Source: Lobosporangium transversale (taxonomy: Eukaryota). From it: DNA of 64,000 bases. The notes under the pieces were generated by a model, which saw only the letters and a list, made by a program, of their open reading frames with translations, ran no database searches and was not told the DNA's origin. Positions within the stretch are counted from its first letter, which is position 1; every line of letters begins with the position of its first letter. The stretch covers positions 496,001 through 560,000 of the forward strand of contig NW_019028995.1 in NCBI RefSeq assembly GCF_002105155.1. The letters run 5' to 3'. This document shows positions 33,579 to 46,201 of this stretch, one piece after another. The position numbers and the translations under genes are program-made.

Positions 33579-36500
33579 TCACAGGGCTGATGCCTTGACA
33601 GTGACCAGCAATTCGTCAAGCTCCTAGAGTGCATTAAAAAAATAATAATAATAAAAAAGAAGCAATTAGAAAGGAGAAAACATGATTATCAATGCTCTCA
33701 CTATATATATATAAAGCTTGCTTACCCTTTCCACTCGATCAAGGTCAGCATCCACATCTTTCCAGCACTCATACACATCTGGGTGGCACTCCCGCTGAAC
33801 ATCTTTAAGCGTCAACTCATTCAGCATCATCAACATCATCCTCGTTTGTTCATCGTTTCTATATCGGTCATAACTGTTGGTATTATTGTTGTCATTAGGG
33901 TGTTTGTTGTCATATAATGATAGCAGTATGTTATCTTTGCTGTGTAGTTGTTTGTCATGTTGCTGGGTATCCGAATATTCATATAATTGTGGTAATGACG
34001 GGGATCGATTACGATTGAGTGCACTGCCATTGATCAACGAGGCCTTAATTGTTGACGGAAGTGTCACCACTTTCCCATCCTTGCCAATCAGTGGACTCGT
34101 TCCACGAAAATGATGCATAGGTGGTCCTGAAAGTGAACTTACGGAGCTTGATCGCCCAGCTCGGACAAGTGTCAATAAGTCCTGCATACCAGCATTGTAA
34201 TCTGAAGACAAAAGCCATTCCTTGCCACTGCTGTTTAAGCTCGCTGTTCCAATATTCTTGATGTTAGGGCTTCCTAATTGCTGCGCAAGACGTGACGGTG
34301 TTTGGGCTTCAGTGACAGCACTGGCGCTTACAGACCGATTCCTGTTCGTATTAAAAGATGGAGAGACTGAGCCATCGGGATTTAACCTTGATGGGGCCAT
34401 ACCAGGACTTGAGCGTCCTCCTCCCGAAGAAGGCGAATCTGGACGTTGATTAGGCGACGATGACCTGGGCGATGAGTTCCCTTGAGACAGTTGTTGCTGT
34501 TTTAGCGCCGCCGGCGAGGGAGATTGCAATCGCCGTGGAATTGGGGAGAATGACCGCTGGGCGGTTGAAGCCTCCAAGTCCGCGGTTATACTACCTTCTT
34601 TTAATGGTGAAGAATTAGTGCCAGATAAGAGCGTAGGCTTGGCTGTAGTTCCAAACGGTGATGTCGGCCGGAGTGAACGAGGCGATCCAGGAGCAGAAGC
34701 GTCGGAGGCGTTGGCGAAAGCTCTTGCAGAAGGCGGTTGCTCTGAAACAATTGGCGACGCTGATCGAGTGTGCAGGGATGTCACAGATGCAACTTGAATC
34801 TCGACATCACTATCACGCTTGTTGGCAATATGCTTCGCCTGTTGTTGTGACTGAGATCTAGGCGGGGAATCTATCCTAGGCTGTGCAGATGTGGATCTCT
34901 TCTCATCATCCCCTGCCAGTACTCTCTCCAGCCTCATCAATGTATTGCTTCCACGAGTGGAACCTGCCAGAACCTCCAAACGGTCTCGAGCTGCCGATGC
35001 CATGGTATTGCCCCGATCACTGGTTCCACTCGGAATTGGTCGTATTGGGGACCGACTAGAAGCCACATCTCCTTCAATGCCGAAGTGATCTTGCTCAATG
35101 CCTCTGTTGATTTTGTCATCATCGTCTGCGTCACCGTAGTCGTCTTCCTCGCCAAGAATGTCTTCAATAATCTCCGAGATGTCCACCTCATCCCCTCCTT
35201 CAGGAATAAATGAATAGCGATACTTCTTTGAGTTCATGAGACGCGATGATCTGATCACACCCTTATTGAGTACAATATCCGTGCCCTGCGTGGAATTCTT
35301 TTTGATACTGACAGGCCCAATTTTCGAATCAAGTCGCTGGTTCTGTAAAGCATCTTTGTTCATTGCCACAGCACCATTATTGTTATCCTGTGATGTAAGG
35401 GATGCTAAAGATAGCGGTGATGGCCCGTGCGTCATCGAGGGAGACATGGCTCTCTGCTGTTGCATGGCCGGTTGGCGATCCGTCCGCTCTGCACGTAATG
35501 GTCTTTCGGGTGTGGATGAGCGCGAGGTATTATCATACTCAGTGCCAGAAATGTTGGATGGAATTGGTGATGCTATTTGTCCAGGACGTGAACTTTGACT
35601 AACACTAGCAGATCTGTTTCGACCCCCTACGACATGATGATCAGGAGTCGTGCGTGAAGTCTGATAAGGTCCCATTCCTGGCGATCCTGGCTCAACTCTA
35701 TTAATATCTTCAATACTTCGTGGATTGCGGAGGGATCGTATACTGGATATGCCGGTAGGGCTTGACTGAGAGGGACTCCTTGGTGAGTCGTTAGCAGTAG
35801 AGGAATGCAATGCTTGAGCCTGTAAAGGAGCAAGGCCTCTTTTTGATTGCTCCCGATCTTGATGCGATTGCTGTGCCTGAAGTTGTTGTTGTTTTTGTTG
35901 CTGATCGGCATAGTCCAACTCTGCTTCAAGCGACTTGGCCGACTTGCGTAAATAGAACACATAGTCTGGCGCTGGTGGCATCGATGCTACATCTGCTTTA
36001 GGTGAACGACGCACGGGAGTCAATTGGTGTTCCTCAAAGCATCGAATTAAGGACATCTGGGGCGGTAAAGGGACTTCATCTCCTTGCTTTGCCCTTCGGG
36101 ACGACTGGGTGTTCAATCGCAGACCCAACTGATATTCGATGACAATACCGTCTTGAATGGCGCTTCTTTTTGCAGCAATAATATGCTCCGGAACACCATC
36201 AACAACACCGGCACGGATGGCTATCCTTTCTAGTGCTTTGAATACAACATCTCCAGCGTTCGATGTTGATTGCATTGGCAACCAGTGTTCTATCTTTGAG
36301 GCCCTTATCTGACCCTGCGCTCGTGGCTCTGTTTTCTCTAACGCAGTCGGCATACCATCAATTATAGTCATCGTTTCTGGAAGTTCCTGTCCTAAGCAAA
36401 CCACCTTGACCCAGAAAATATCATCTTGCTGATGCATGGGTGACATAGGTGTTGTTGGAGTCGTTGGAGTTGTGGGCGTTCCAGGGATGGAGGATCCAGA

Positions 36501-36851
36501 TCCCGTGCGACGAATTTTTTTGTTGAGTAAGAAGCGAATGGATCGCTGATGTGGGTCAGTTTTCCCAGATCCTACCCGACGAACCGAACTGGGGCTTGTG
36601 GGTGTCGAGATCGAAAGCTGGGAACTAGTAGAGTTCACAGACAGCATAGATGAAACAGAGGAGATGGAGAGGCGATGGTTGGGAGGCAGGGGCGTAGTCA
36701 GGTGTGATGTGAGAGATTGGTAGATGGCCATGACTTTATCGGAAGGCAAGAGTACATTTTCATCTTTATAGATCGTAGAGAGTCAAGAAGTGGGGAAATA
36801 AAGCCATTAATATGTTGACAATACGCAGTATACACCGCCAAAATAAGAGAT

Positions 36852-36887
<36 letters not shown>

Positions 36888-39047
36888 CAAAAAAATAATA
36901 TCACATACCTCCATCCACACCACGAACGGTAAGGAAAAAATCAGTGGTGGAAGCAACGCCATCTGGTGCTAGCCTGAACTTCACGACAGCTTGGTTGGCA
37001 ACTTCTGCTGCTGTAGTTGTGGGGTTGACTATGACAGTCTTATACATAGAGGCACCAAAGTCGACGTTACCTGGATATACTCGCAGAGTGATGATTTCCT
37101 GCTGTGGTATATCCCCATTTTCAGTTTGTGATGTAGGTGACAAGGGCGCACTAGAGCCGGCACCAAGCGAGGTCACAGAGCCATTCGAACCGGTCCTCGC
37201 TCTGGCAGTACCGTTGGGGTTGCCAATGTTATTCCCACTATTCATACTGTTGATACTATTTCCGCCTGGAGATAGAGGTCCCTTAATACCGTTGTTGCCT
37301 TTGTTAAGACGTTCTTTCTCTAAGCGCTCTTTTTCTTTACGCTCCTTCTCCTTTTCTTTCTCCTTCTCCTTCTCCTTGTCCTTTGAGCTCTTGCCCACTC
37401 CGAATAAGCTTTTAAATTTGCCCGGTTTTTTAACAGTTTCTGTTGGCTCATCGTCCTTCGGTGTTGTTCGAGAGCCGCCATTTCCTGCTTGCTCTTTCTC
37501 ACCTAGAATTGCGGCCAGTTTAGCTTCATTGCGATCCCGAAGTTGTTGTTGAGCTTGAAGGCGCTCCTCGTCATCATGGGAAGCAGTGGTTGAATCATCG
37601 TCAGCCAAACGAAGCTTCTTTGCTTTACCAAGGGGTCCCTGCATCCTTGCTGCACTTACATCATCCTGTGCGATGGATGGTGTCAATGAAATTTTGCGAG
37701 GCTCATCACTGAACACGAGGTCATCATCATCCAAAAGAGGTCTGCGATGTTTATTAGTTACGATCGCTTCTTCATCATCCTCTTCCCCATCGGAGTCCTC
37801 CATGCCGTAAGGACCCTGATTCTTTGATGATGTCCTCGATTGATGATGTTGTTGCTGTTGCTGTTGTTGTTTATGTTCCTGTAAAATTTCTTGCTCAACT
37901 CTCTCTGCTTCGATTTGTAATGCCGTCTTGCCACCTGATTGTCCGCCTTGGTCATGGTCATCATGGTCATCGTATTCTTCTCCTTCATCTTCTTCATAAT
38001 ACGATCCTAAGTCATCATCTTCATCACCTTCGCCATCTTCATCCGAACCCCATTCGTTTTCGCTCGCACCAAAATATTCGTTTTGTTGCGTAAAGATGAC
38101 AGACCGCCTGTTGAAGGATCTCGCTGCGAGTGTATTTGGACTGAGTGGTCGAACATGTTCATCAAATGTGCCCCATTCTGGTGAAGGAGCAGACAAACCT
38201 ACATTCCTATGCTTGTTTAATCTTGCAAGGCGCTCAAAGGGTGTCTGCATTACACATATATAGTCAATTAGACATTAGTCAATTGGGTATTTTAACTAAA
38301 TTTGAAATACTATTAGTCATTTTTTTTCTTATTTACCTCGATATTCTCAGCAGGAATATATCCAATAACACCTGTCTTTAGGACGCGTACTAGCCACCAG
38401 TAGACATTTGTGTCTTCCAAAAGCATTAAAGAATCATTCCGAACAACTGAGGCTTGACCTTCTTGTGTCGCCACAAATGTGTGGAATGCGTAGACAAGGT
38501 TGAAATCAATGTCATCCTCAGTTAACGACATTGTCTCAGACCGATCATCATCCTCGTCTTCCATGTCTTCGTCTTCTTCATCCTCATCAAATTCGTCCTC
38601 TTCATCTCCTAGAATTTCATTCTGACGAGCATCTACGATTTGATTATTGGTGCTGTTATCCAGGTTCATGTTATTGTTATTATTGGCATCGTACATTTCT
38701 TGATCTTCATCTTCGTCGCGAAGTATTTGACGGAGATTGGATGCACTACTGGTGTTATTATTATAATTATTATTGTTATGACCATAGTTGCTGTCGCCAG
38801 ATGATTGTGTTGTCCCCTTGCGAAAGTGCTGTTCCTGTTCTTGAATATAAGAGGTATAATCTTCTTCATCTGTACTATAATCTGAGTCAGGTACTGTTGC
38901 ATCCATATCTCGCTGATATTGCCCCCGTTGACCTGCATGGCTATTATGGTTATTATATTGGCTGGTGTTGTTCATGTCTGAGGACGTGGTCACTGCTGAG
39001 CGTAGTGAGGATGCCAGTCCATTCACACCACCAAGTCTTGAAGCCAT
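33579..39047 (-). CDS. SH3 + Ras-association domain polarity protein, Bud14/Tea4-like (4 exons)
   Basis: DIDFNLVYAFHTFVATQEGQ...YWWLVR...GYIPAENIE|TPFERLARLNKHRN is the Bud14/Tea4 SH3 signature; RA-like LRVYPGN...YKTVIV. Confidence 0.85.
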
Positions 39048-39081
39048 GCGGAGATTAAATGTCTAAATTGTGTTTTCACCG

Positions 39082-39116
<35 letters not shown>

Positions 39117-40148
39117 TGCACCTTGGCAATTGGTGAAACAAATGAAACAAATAGAATTTTTTATAGCCACGTTGCGCGCTTTTTCATCCCAATTCAGGGG
39201 TTGAAGAGAAGGAAGGGTGCGAATATTAAAAATGAATGCTGACTGAGCAATTGCAACACAATACCTTATAGTTGAAATCACTGAGTGGATTAATCTGTTA
39301 ATTGACAGTATTATATAAAAGAAGTCCTGTCTCTTATTTCTAATCCTAAATAGCATTTGAAGCCGGAATAAAACGTGTAATATTAGCTTTAATAAGTCTG
39401 TAAAAGGAAAGGGAAGAGTGAAAGGGAAGAGCATGAATGTGATAAAGAGAACGTGAGAAAGAGGTGCTCATGCCCGCCCACAGGAGTGAGTGTGAAATAA
39501 AATAACAGAGATATTTTCAAGGGTCAATGTGCTGTGTAGGAGACACAATGGGCTATAGACTAATAGCTTTGTTGGCACTTGGAAATCCTCCGATAAAGTT
39601 AAAGGAGTGATGAAGTGAGATGGTCAGAAAAAGCGGCAAGTAGAATGACCAAATAAATGAAAAGGTGTCTATAATTGTAACTTCGGAGGATATTGATCGA
39701 TTTAGGTCTAAATCTCTGGCTGAACCTCTTTACACTAGAGATAGGAAAAGAGTGGAGAAATGACGACGAAGATACTGAAGTAAAGCGGAAGTACCAAGAG
39801 AGAAATAGAGAGAGTGAAGAAATGTGGAAACGAACGCACCAAATGGTTTGTATTATGTGTACTGTGTGTACTGTGAATAGAATAAATGTGTGAAAAGAAG
39901 GATATATTAGGTGTGAAAAAGACAGATGAAAAAGAAAAAATAAAAATAAAAAAGGGAGATGAGAGGTGAGAAAGATGAGAAAGATGAGAAAGATGAGAGA
40001 GATGAGAGAGATGAGAGGGAGAAGAAGGAGGAGGAGGAGGAAGATGAGATGTTGATGGTGAGGATGTGCAGGATGATGATGAGCAAACAAACAAGCTTTG
40101 CTCACTCTTCTATATACTTTGCTCACTATTTCATGCAAAATGCCCTGA

Positions 40149-40183
<35 letters not shown>

Positions 40184-40506
40184 CTAATCCTGCCTATTCA
40201 ATACACCAGTAGACTGCTAGAAGAGACCTAATGGCCGTGATCTATTAGCCAAGCAATTCAACTTGGCTTCATGTCCACAAAAACAAAGGTTATTCCACAA
40301 TTGAATAACCGTTAATTCATCACTTTAAATTATTTTAATTATATGCATGCATGCGATGCGTGTGTGCCTTTATTTTAATATTTAGTCTGGTGGTACAAGT
40401 TGTAGGAATAAAAAAGATGTACAAAAGTACAAAAGAGACATCTCAGCTTCGGAGCTATATCTTAAAAAAAATTACTACATACGATATATATCTATTAACA
40501 GCCACA

Positions 40507-43500
40507 TCAATCGTATCCATGGCGATTGAGTTGCTTCTTGACCGCTGCCGGTTCGCGTCCCGTCAGCGCCCGAATTTTTCGTCCAACTACACTCCATTTC
40601 CATTGTGATCCAAGTTCAATCCCTGATCCTTCAACCAATCGCACAAGCCAGATGGCATGCTCACAACGTTGCTCAATCGATTCAATACTTTCGACAGTAA
40701 GCCCTGCATACCAGTGCTGATCAGGATTATCACAACAACGACGATGACGACGGGGTTCACGGAGATTATGGCCTTGAGAACTTTGTTTCTGCTCATTTCC
40801 ATTTCTCTTCCCGACCTCGGTCTCAACGTCACTTTCACCTTCACCTTCACTCTGCTGAATGACATCGTCGCTTTTAATAGTCCTATTTGGCTCTCGAAGG
40901 AGATGATTAAACAGACGACGTAAGAGCCCATTTTTGCCCTTAACCTCAGGATTTAAGATACGCTGATCTCCATCCTTTGGCCGTGAATCTATCGACATGT
41001 CTTTGTTCTTGTTCTGGTCTTCTCCTACTGATATCCAGGATGTGGTTAAGATTTTCCAAAGGTAGTCAGCAGCAGGGCTCACTCGTCTCTTTGTTGGAAT
41101 GACAACCGGGATCTTACTCATATCGAAAGCAGCATCCATTTGAGCTCTATTAATCTCATTAAGCACAACTTCAAGCTCTTTCAACACAAAGACTAAAAAT
41201 TGACCCCTTGAGTGCATCACATGGCTATCAGTGACATCAGGATTGGACAGCAATCCGGAGATCCAGCTCGGGACCGTGTCTTGTCCCTGTTGCTGTTGCT
41301 GCCTCTTCCGCACTAGGAACAATTCGCTCGTTTCCAAGTCCAGAGCACACCGTAATAATCCTTTCCAGGCCTTAGCATCCGGAAATTCCTTGGTTTGTGT
41401 CCTCATTGCTCGTATCGTTGACAGGCCAGAAAAGATATCCCGCGTTCGGATGCTTGCTGCCAAAAGAAGGATGTACGCGCGTGTATCCGGAACATACCCA
41501 GCCTGAAACATGAGCTGGAGTATTTCCTGAGCTGAGCGTAAGTCGTTTTGACGGGTATGATATTTGATCAACGTCGTGAGAGTAACCCCATCAATCCCAT
41601 GATTTACAGCAACAGTTTGTTCTGAACGCATCGCTCCCCGATCATAGTTTCGGTTATGCCCCTGTTGCTGTCCTCGCAGAGAATGGATGTTACTAGGCCT
41701 ATGAACAGGTATTTCTATTTCGGAATCCAGATCCAACATCTCCGTATCAAGTCTCTGTATTCCTGCGATCGTGCTATCCAGTGCTTCACGTAATCTTTGG
41801 GCAGAGACTCCTGATTCGACAAGGCTGTCCAAGACCATATTGGTAAGATACAATCCAGGATCCATGTTACGATTCCTGGCCTCCTGAGTTACGCGACCTA
41901 CCGCTTTGAGATCCCCTTTTTTGGCAAAGGCGTTCGCTAGAATACTACAAACTACAGCGTCCGGCTCTATTTTGAGTTGTTTCATCTCGACAAACAGTTC
42001 GGACATAGGCTCGATCTCGCCTCTTAGTGCAAATGCTCCAAGAAGAATGGAGAATGTATATGCATCAGGACGAAATTCACCCTTGTATGTTCTCTCACCA
42101 ATATCTAACCGACCCTCATCAAATGACGAAAGAGGACTAGATTGAGAGATAAGGTTCTTAACTACAGACATGGCGTCAAGACCAACAGTTGGTTCAATAG
42201 CATTTTTTGATGGTGCTTCCAACGCTTTATGGATAACGCTTTGAAAAAGATCCCATCCATCGTCTAGTTCCGAACGCACATAATTCGACCCAAGGCTTGG
42301 AAAACTCACATCCTGATTCTTCGATTTTATCAACTGCCGTACCATCATATTTCGACCAAGATCACGCATTCCGTGTTGCTTTCCGCTTGCCATTGATCGT
42401 CTTCCAGCCCTTGACTGTGGTGTAAGATCCAATAGTGACTTGAGTAACGTGTTGTAAAAGACCATGTTGGGCTGGATACTTTGCTTCCACATAATCTCCA
42501 TTACATGGCGGGCTTTGGAAAACTCTGCACGCCTGAACCAGGCACCGGCAAGCTCTGTCACGATGTGGATGTCTACCGATGAGCACTGACTGAGTTCATT
42601 TTTAGACTCTAACTGGGCACTTTCGAGCTCCAAATGTCGGTCAAAAATCCATTGCGCTTGCTCCAGGTGTCTAGGATCCTTCTCTGATGTCGCGAGCGCC
42701 TGAATCAACATTCTAAGCTTTCCTGTTGTGAGCAACGTGCTTTTCAAAGATTTGGATTCACAAGTGTGTAGGGGTCCATAGGCATGCGTGTAAAGGCTAG
42801 CTGCCAAATCAAGCTCATGACTGTCTAAAAGCGAAGTCAAAACGCAGCTGAAGGCGTGATGGCCCGGTTCAAGAGGTCTTTTCCATTTTATGATTGTTGC
42901 CATAGATCCTGCAGTAACAGAAGTGTTGGCTATGGCCATAACCCAGTCCGAAAGCTGCCCATCCCAGCTCTTCATAGACGATTCTGAAGCCATGGTCTTG
43001 AAAGCGCATATCTTTGCAAGTGTAGGTCCCATGTGTTTCGTCACAAACTCGCGAACTTCATCCATGGCGACCATCTCCAAATTGTGTGGGCCTTGAGCTC
43101 GATGCTGACGGCTAACAACCTTTGTACCCTCAGTCCTTACTAGAGCGATTGTTTTCTTCCAATTCGCATCGCCATATAGCGCTTGGAACCTAAGTTCCAT
43201 GACTTGAGATAACAGACCCAGATTCCCCAGTCGAAAGGCAGCATGGTGAGCAATATCATGAAGAAATATCTTATAGGTGTTCAAAATTGACTCAGTAGAT
43301 GTCTTATCAGGCTGACAGTGTGACATGAGGTCTCGGATGGTTTGCTTAAGCAACAAAGGCGCATCCACCGCGTTTTGATGTGAGAATCCCTTGAACAAAG
43401 CAAAGTCTTCACCTAGCGTCGAAGTATTCGTTCCAATGGCAGATTTCTCTTCCAGTAGTTCTGTCAGAGAGTCGCTATAAACTCCAGGATCTAAAGGCGG

Positions 43501-45444
43501 GCTTGGGATACTGTTTGTGAGATGGTGTTGTAAAAGCGAATTGGACAAGCCATCGGTCATTAGAGCCATTGGATTGATGGAGCGAGCGATATCATCTTTT
43601 TCCAAAGTATTCAAGAGGACGCCTGTCATTGCTATTTCACGCCACAAATGCACTTCTGTCGAATATTTGTGGCTGCTAAATACAAGAGTTAACTCTTGAA
43701 GTCCTGATAACCACGAGCGTATTTGATCTGGGCGCTTCCACGAATCCAAGTTATAAAACTGCTTCTTTTTGGAAAAGGCAGTGGCATCCATCTCTGACAA
43801 CCGCAAAATTTCTCTCAGTGTCCGAATACCGATGAAAGATGATTCAGGAGGCAATAGTGAGGACGTTATATCGAGAAGATCTTGGATCCATGATTGAGGT
43901 CTTCCTGTAGCACGTGAAGCTAACCTAAACAAGTCTATAACCCAATCTGGCCTATTGTCCTGAAGAAATTGCGTGAATAGCCACTGTCGAGTTTCTATTT
44001 GACTCCAAAGACACAACCAGTCTTCTCGATCCCGTCTCTCCCACAGCCAAATACATTGCATTGCGCTCATTCGATCGTTAGACGCCAGACAAATCTCAAG
44101 AGTGGCCCTACGTGGGTTTGCTCTAGGCTCATTAACTGCTGAGGGATCTTCTAGAATAGAGGTGCTTGAAGGAAAGAGCCGACGAACTATGAGAGCCTTA
44201 AGAAAAGGTAAAGAAGTTGACGCCAACGCAGCCTGATCAGCTGACAACTCCTGAAGAGGTAGATTTTCATTCTCTCGTTCCGCAAAAAGTCGGTTCCAGC
44301 TCCTAGTTAAAACAGCCAGAGTGTAATCAATCAAGGGATCATGAGATAATTGAAATGTTGTCCTATAGTCTGTCATTCCCCGTGTCTGTAGCTTCTTTAT
44401 TGGCTCTAGACAAACCGAGTTGAGATAGGTCATTGTTTCGACAATGTCAATATTGCCTATTGTCGCTTCATGCGCACATACGAGACGACAGCAGTATTCT
44501 ACAAGATGAAGATCCTGTAAATGGCGAAGGGTCACGTTGGACGCCAAAGATGGATTGGTACTAAACCCCTTCATATACTCATGCTCTTTGGCTTTATCAA
44601 TTACAACTAGCGCCTGCATATAGCTCTGTTTCTGGAATAGATCACGAACACATGAAATTTGGGAGACAACCCAGTTTTTGAAGGTGGTTGGCGAAGGAGG
44701 AATGACGATCTGATGAGAAGAGTCAATTGGGAGAAACTCTTCAGGTATCCGTAAATCCGTGACATCCTCTAAAGTCCTCATGCTATGCTGATGAGAAATA
44801 GACCGACATGGTGTATACGACCGATTACGACCAGACTGTATTATTGATCGTGTTTCTTTTCGAAATGATGAGTCGTATTGTATTGAGGTTGCGGAAGAGG
44901 GAAGTGGTAATGAATGTGAGGTATGCGTGTGAGATGATATATTGCGTTCCCTGGAGTAGATTCGTCCTGATATTAGTTGGCAGCTATTTTTGGGCAGAGT
45001 AAAGGTTGTTGAAGATCTCCTACAGGCTTTTACACGGAGATTGTTGTTACTTTGCAATAAACAAGTCGCGCCTGATCCTTTGGAGCGTAGTTGATATGAT
45101 TGTTGATCAACATGACTTCTTGATTCAAGTATTAATCGAAAAATAGGATAGAGGTCTGAGAATGTTGCAATGTGTGTTTTTTGAAAGTGTGATTGTGGTG
45201 TTCGGGAAAGGCGAGATAGTCGAAGATGTAACATCAATTCTTGATTCAAGTGATGGCAACTACTGGGAACACAATGTCCAATTGATCTCCGCGAGCGAGT
45301 AGCAGAAACATCTGAATAGGTATGCAATGTAGACGCCTTTGGGGACATAAAAGGTGATAATAAATAGGTCGATGAAGGCCCCTGTTTTCGGATAGGCGAC
45401 TTGCGCTTGGTTGCCGGGCGCAGTACCCGACTTAGGAGGGGCAT
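40507..45444 (-). CDS. Pentatricopeptide-repeat protein, probably mitochondrial (intronless)
   Basis: PPR motifs QPNMVFYNTLLK, RPDAYTFSILLGAFA, EPDAVVCSILANAFA, VPDTRAYILLL; Arg/Ser-rich N-terminus MPLLSRVLR. Confidence 0.88.
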   Translation of the reverse strand: MPLLSRVLRPATKRKSPIRKQGPSSTYLLSPFMSPKASTLHTYSDVSATRSRRSIGHCVPSSCHHLNQELMLHLRLSRLSRTPQSHFQKTHIATFSDLYPIFRLILESRSHVDQQSYQLRSKGSGATCLLQSNNNLRVKACRRSSTTFTLPKNSCQLISGRIYSRERNISSHTHTSHSLPLPSSATSIQYDSSFRKETRSIIQSGRNRSYTPCRSISHQHSMRTLEDVTDLRIPEEFLPIDSSHQIVIPPSPTTFKNWVVSQISCVRDLFQKQSYMQALVVIDKAKEHEYMKGFSTNPSLASNVTLRHLQDLHLVEYCCRLVCAHEATIGNIDIVETMTYLNSVCLEPIKKLQTRGMTDYRTTFQLSHDPLIDYTLAVLTRSWNRLFAERENENLPLQELSADQAALASTSLPFLKALIVRRLFPSSTSILEDPSAVNEPRANPRRATLEICLASNDRMSAMQCIWLWERRDREDWLCLWSQIETRQWLFTQFLQDNRPDWVIDLFRLASRATGRPQSWIQDLLDITSSLLPPESSFIGIRTLREILRLSEMDATAFSKKKQFYNLDSWKRPDQIRSWLSGLQELTLVFSSHKYSTEVHLWREIAMTGVLLNTLEKDDIARSINPMALMTDGLSNSLLQHHLTNSIPSPPLDPGVYSDSLTELLEEKSAIGTNTSTLGEDFALFKGFSHQNAVDAPLLLKQTIRDLMSHCQPDKTSTESILNTYKIFLHDIAHHAAFRLGNLGLLSQVMELRFQALYGDANWKKTIALVRTEGTKVVSRQHRAQGPHNLEMVAMDEVREFVTKHMGPTLAKICAFKTMASESSMKSWDGQLSDWVMAIANTSVTAGSMATIIKWKRPLEPGHHAFSCVLTSLLDSHELDLAASLYTHAYGPLHTCESKSLKSTLLTTGKLRMLIQALATSEKDPRHLEQAQWIFDRHLELESAQLESKNELSQCSSVDIHIVTELAGAWFRRAEFSKARHVMEIMWKQSIQPNMVFYNTLLKSLLDLTPQSRAGRRSMASGKQHGMRDLGRNMMVRQLIKSKNQDVSFPSLGSNYVRSELDDGWDLFQSVIHKALEAPSKNAIEPTVGLDAMSVVKNLISQSSPLSSFDEGRLDIGERTYKGEFRPDAYTFSILLGAFALRGEIEPMSELFVEMKQLKIEPDAVVCSILANAFAKKGDLKAVGRVTQEARNRNMDPGLYLTNMVLDSLVESGVSAQRLREALDSTIAGIQRLDTEMLDLDSEIEIPVHRPSNIHSLRGQQQGHNRNYDRGAMRSEQTVAVNHGIDGVTLTTLIKYHTRQNDLRSAQEILQLMFQAGYVPDTRAYILLLAASIRTRDIFSGLSTIRAMRTQTKEFPDAKAWKGLLRCALDLETSELFLVRKRQQQQQGQDTVPSWISGLLSNPDVTDSHVMHSRGQFLVFVLKELEVVLNEINRAQMDAAFDMSKIPVVIPTKRRVSPAADYLWKILTTSWISVGEDQNKNKDMSIDSRPKDGDQRILNPEVKGKNGLLRRLFNHLLREPNRTIKSDDVIQQSEGEGESDVETEVGKRNGNEQKQSSQGHNLREPRRHRRCCDNPDQHWYAGLTVESIESIEQRCEHAIWLVRLVEGSGIELGSQWKWSVVGRKIRALTGREPAAVKKQLNRHGYD

Positions 45445-46201
45445 CCAGTAGCGATAAGTGTTAATGTCCCGGAAGCTAGGCCAGTGATCGTTCGATTGTT
45501 CAAAATCCAATCTATTCTAGATCAATAAAGACATAGTTATAAGCATTTATTAGTTCCCTGAAAAAGAAAAATCACCTTGAGCCTTAACACAAATGTAGTA
45601 AGGACACCGAAGCATACCTCCAATAGTATACGAGGTTGGCTGAATTCGAGTTCTCGATATTGGCGTACAAAATAGATGATCGCTTTTTTAATTATTGCAT
45701 GCTATGACATTTAAAATGATTTAATTATTTCGTGGAAATGTCTAAAAACCAACTGTGTAAAGAGAGAGACGCGAGAGTAACGGCGACAAATGGTGTCAGA
45801 ATGAAATTAGGCTGTTCCGTATTATTGTTACCGTTGTCGTTGTTGCCCCATTTATTTGTGAATTTCCCAACTCTACCTTGCAAAAATGCAATTGCGAAGA
45901 ATGAAACTTTTTCTTTTTTTGATAAGTCAAATCCTTGTTCTAAACAATTGTGACTACTCATTTAGTTGCTGGGAAACAACAACTGGAAGCTATTTTTTTT
46001 GAATGCTGATTTGCAATATCATACAAGGGATGTCGCATTTGAATGCGAACAACCAAGCTGCCCTGTACATGGAGCAAAACCCATTTTTGCATTTGATGCG
46101 TAAATGGTTTGAGTGTGGCTTTTATTATTGTTTTTGGTAATATATTATAACCCTTAAAAGGCAGGATATTTTTGGTGGCAACAGGACTAAATATTCTGAG
46201 C

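Noticed and set aside
36855..36890. Long poly-T/poly-A tracts (here and in many introns) as retroposon tails
   Set aside because: They occur routinely within introns across the window with no TSDs or retroelement bodies.
39599..40231. ORFs of 90-179 aa over GATGAGA(A/G)A repeats
   Set aside because: Low-complexity purine-rich promoter/UTR sequence upstream of the Bud14-like gene; no domain signal.
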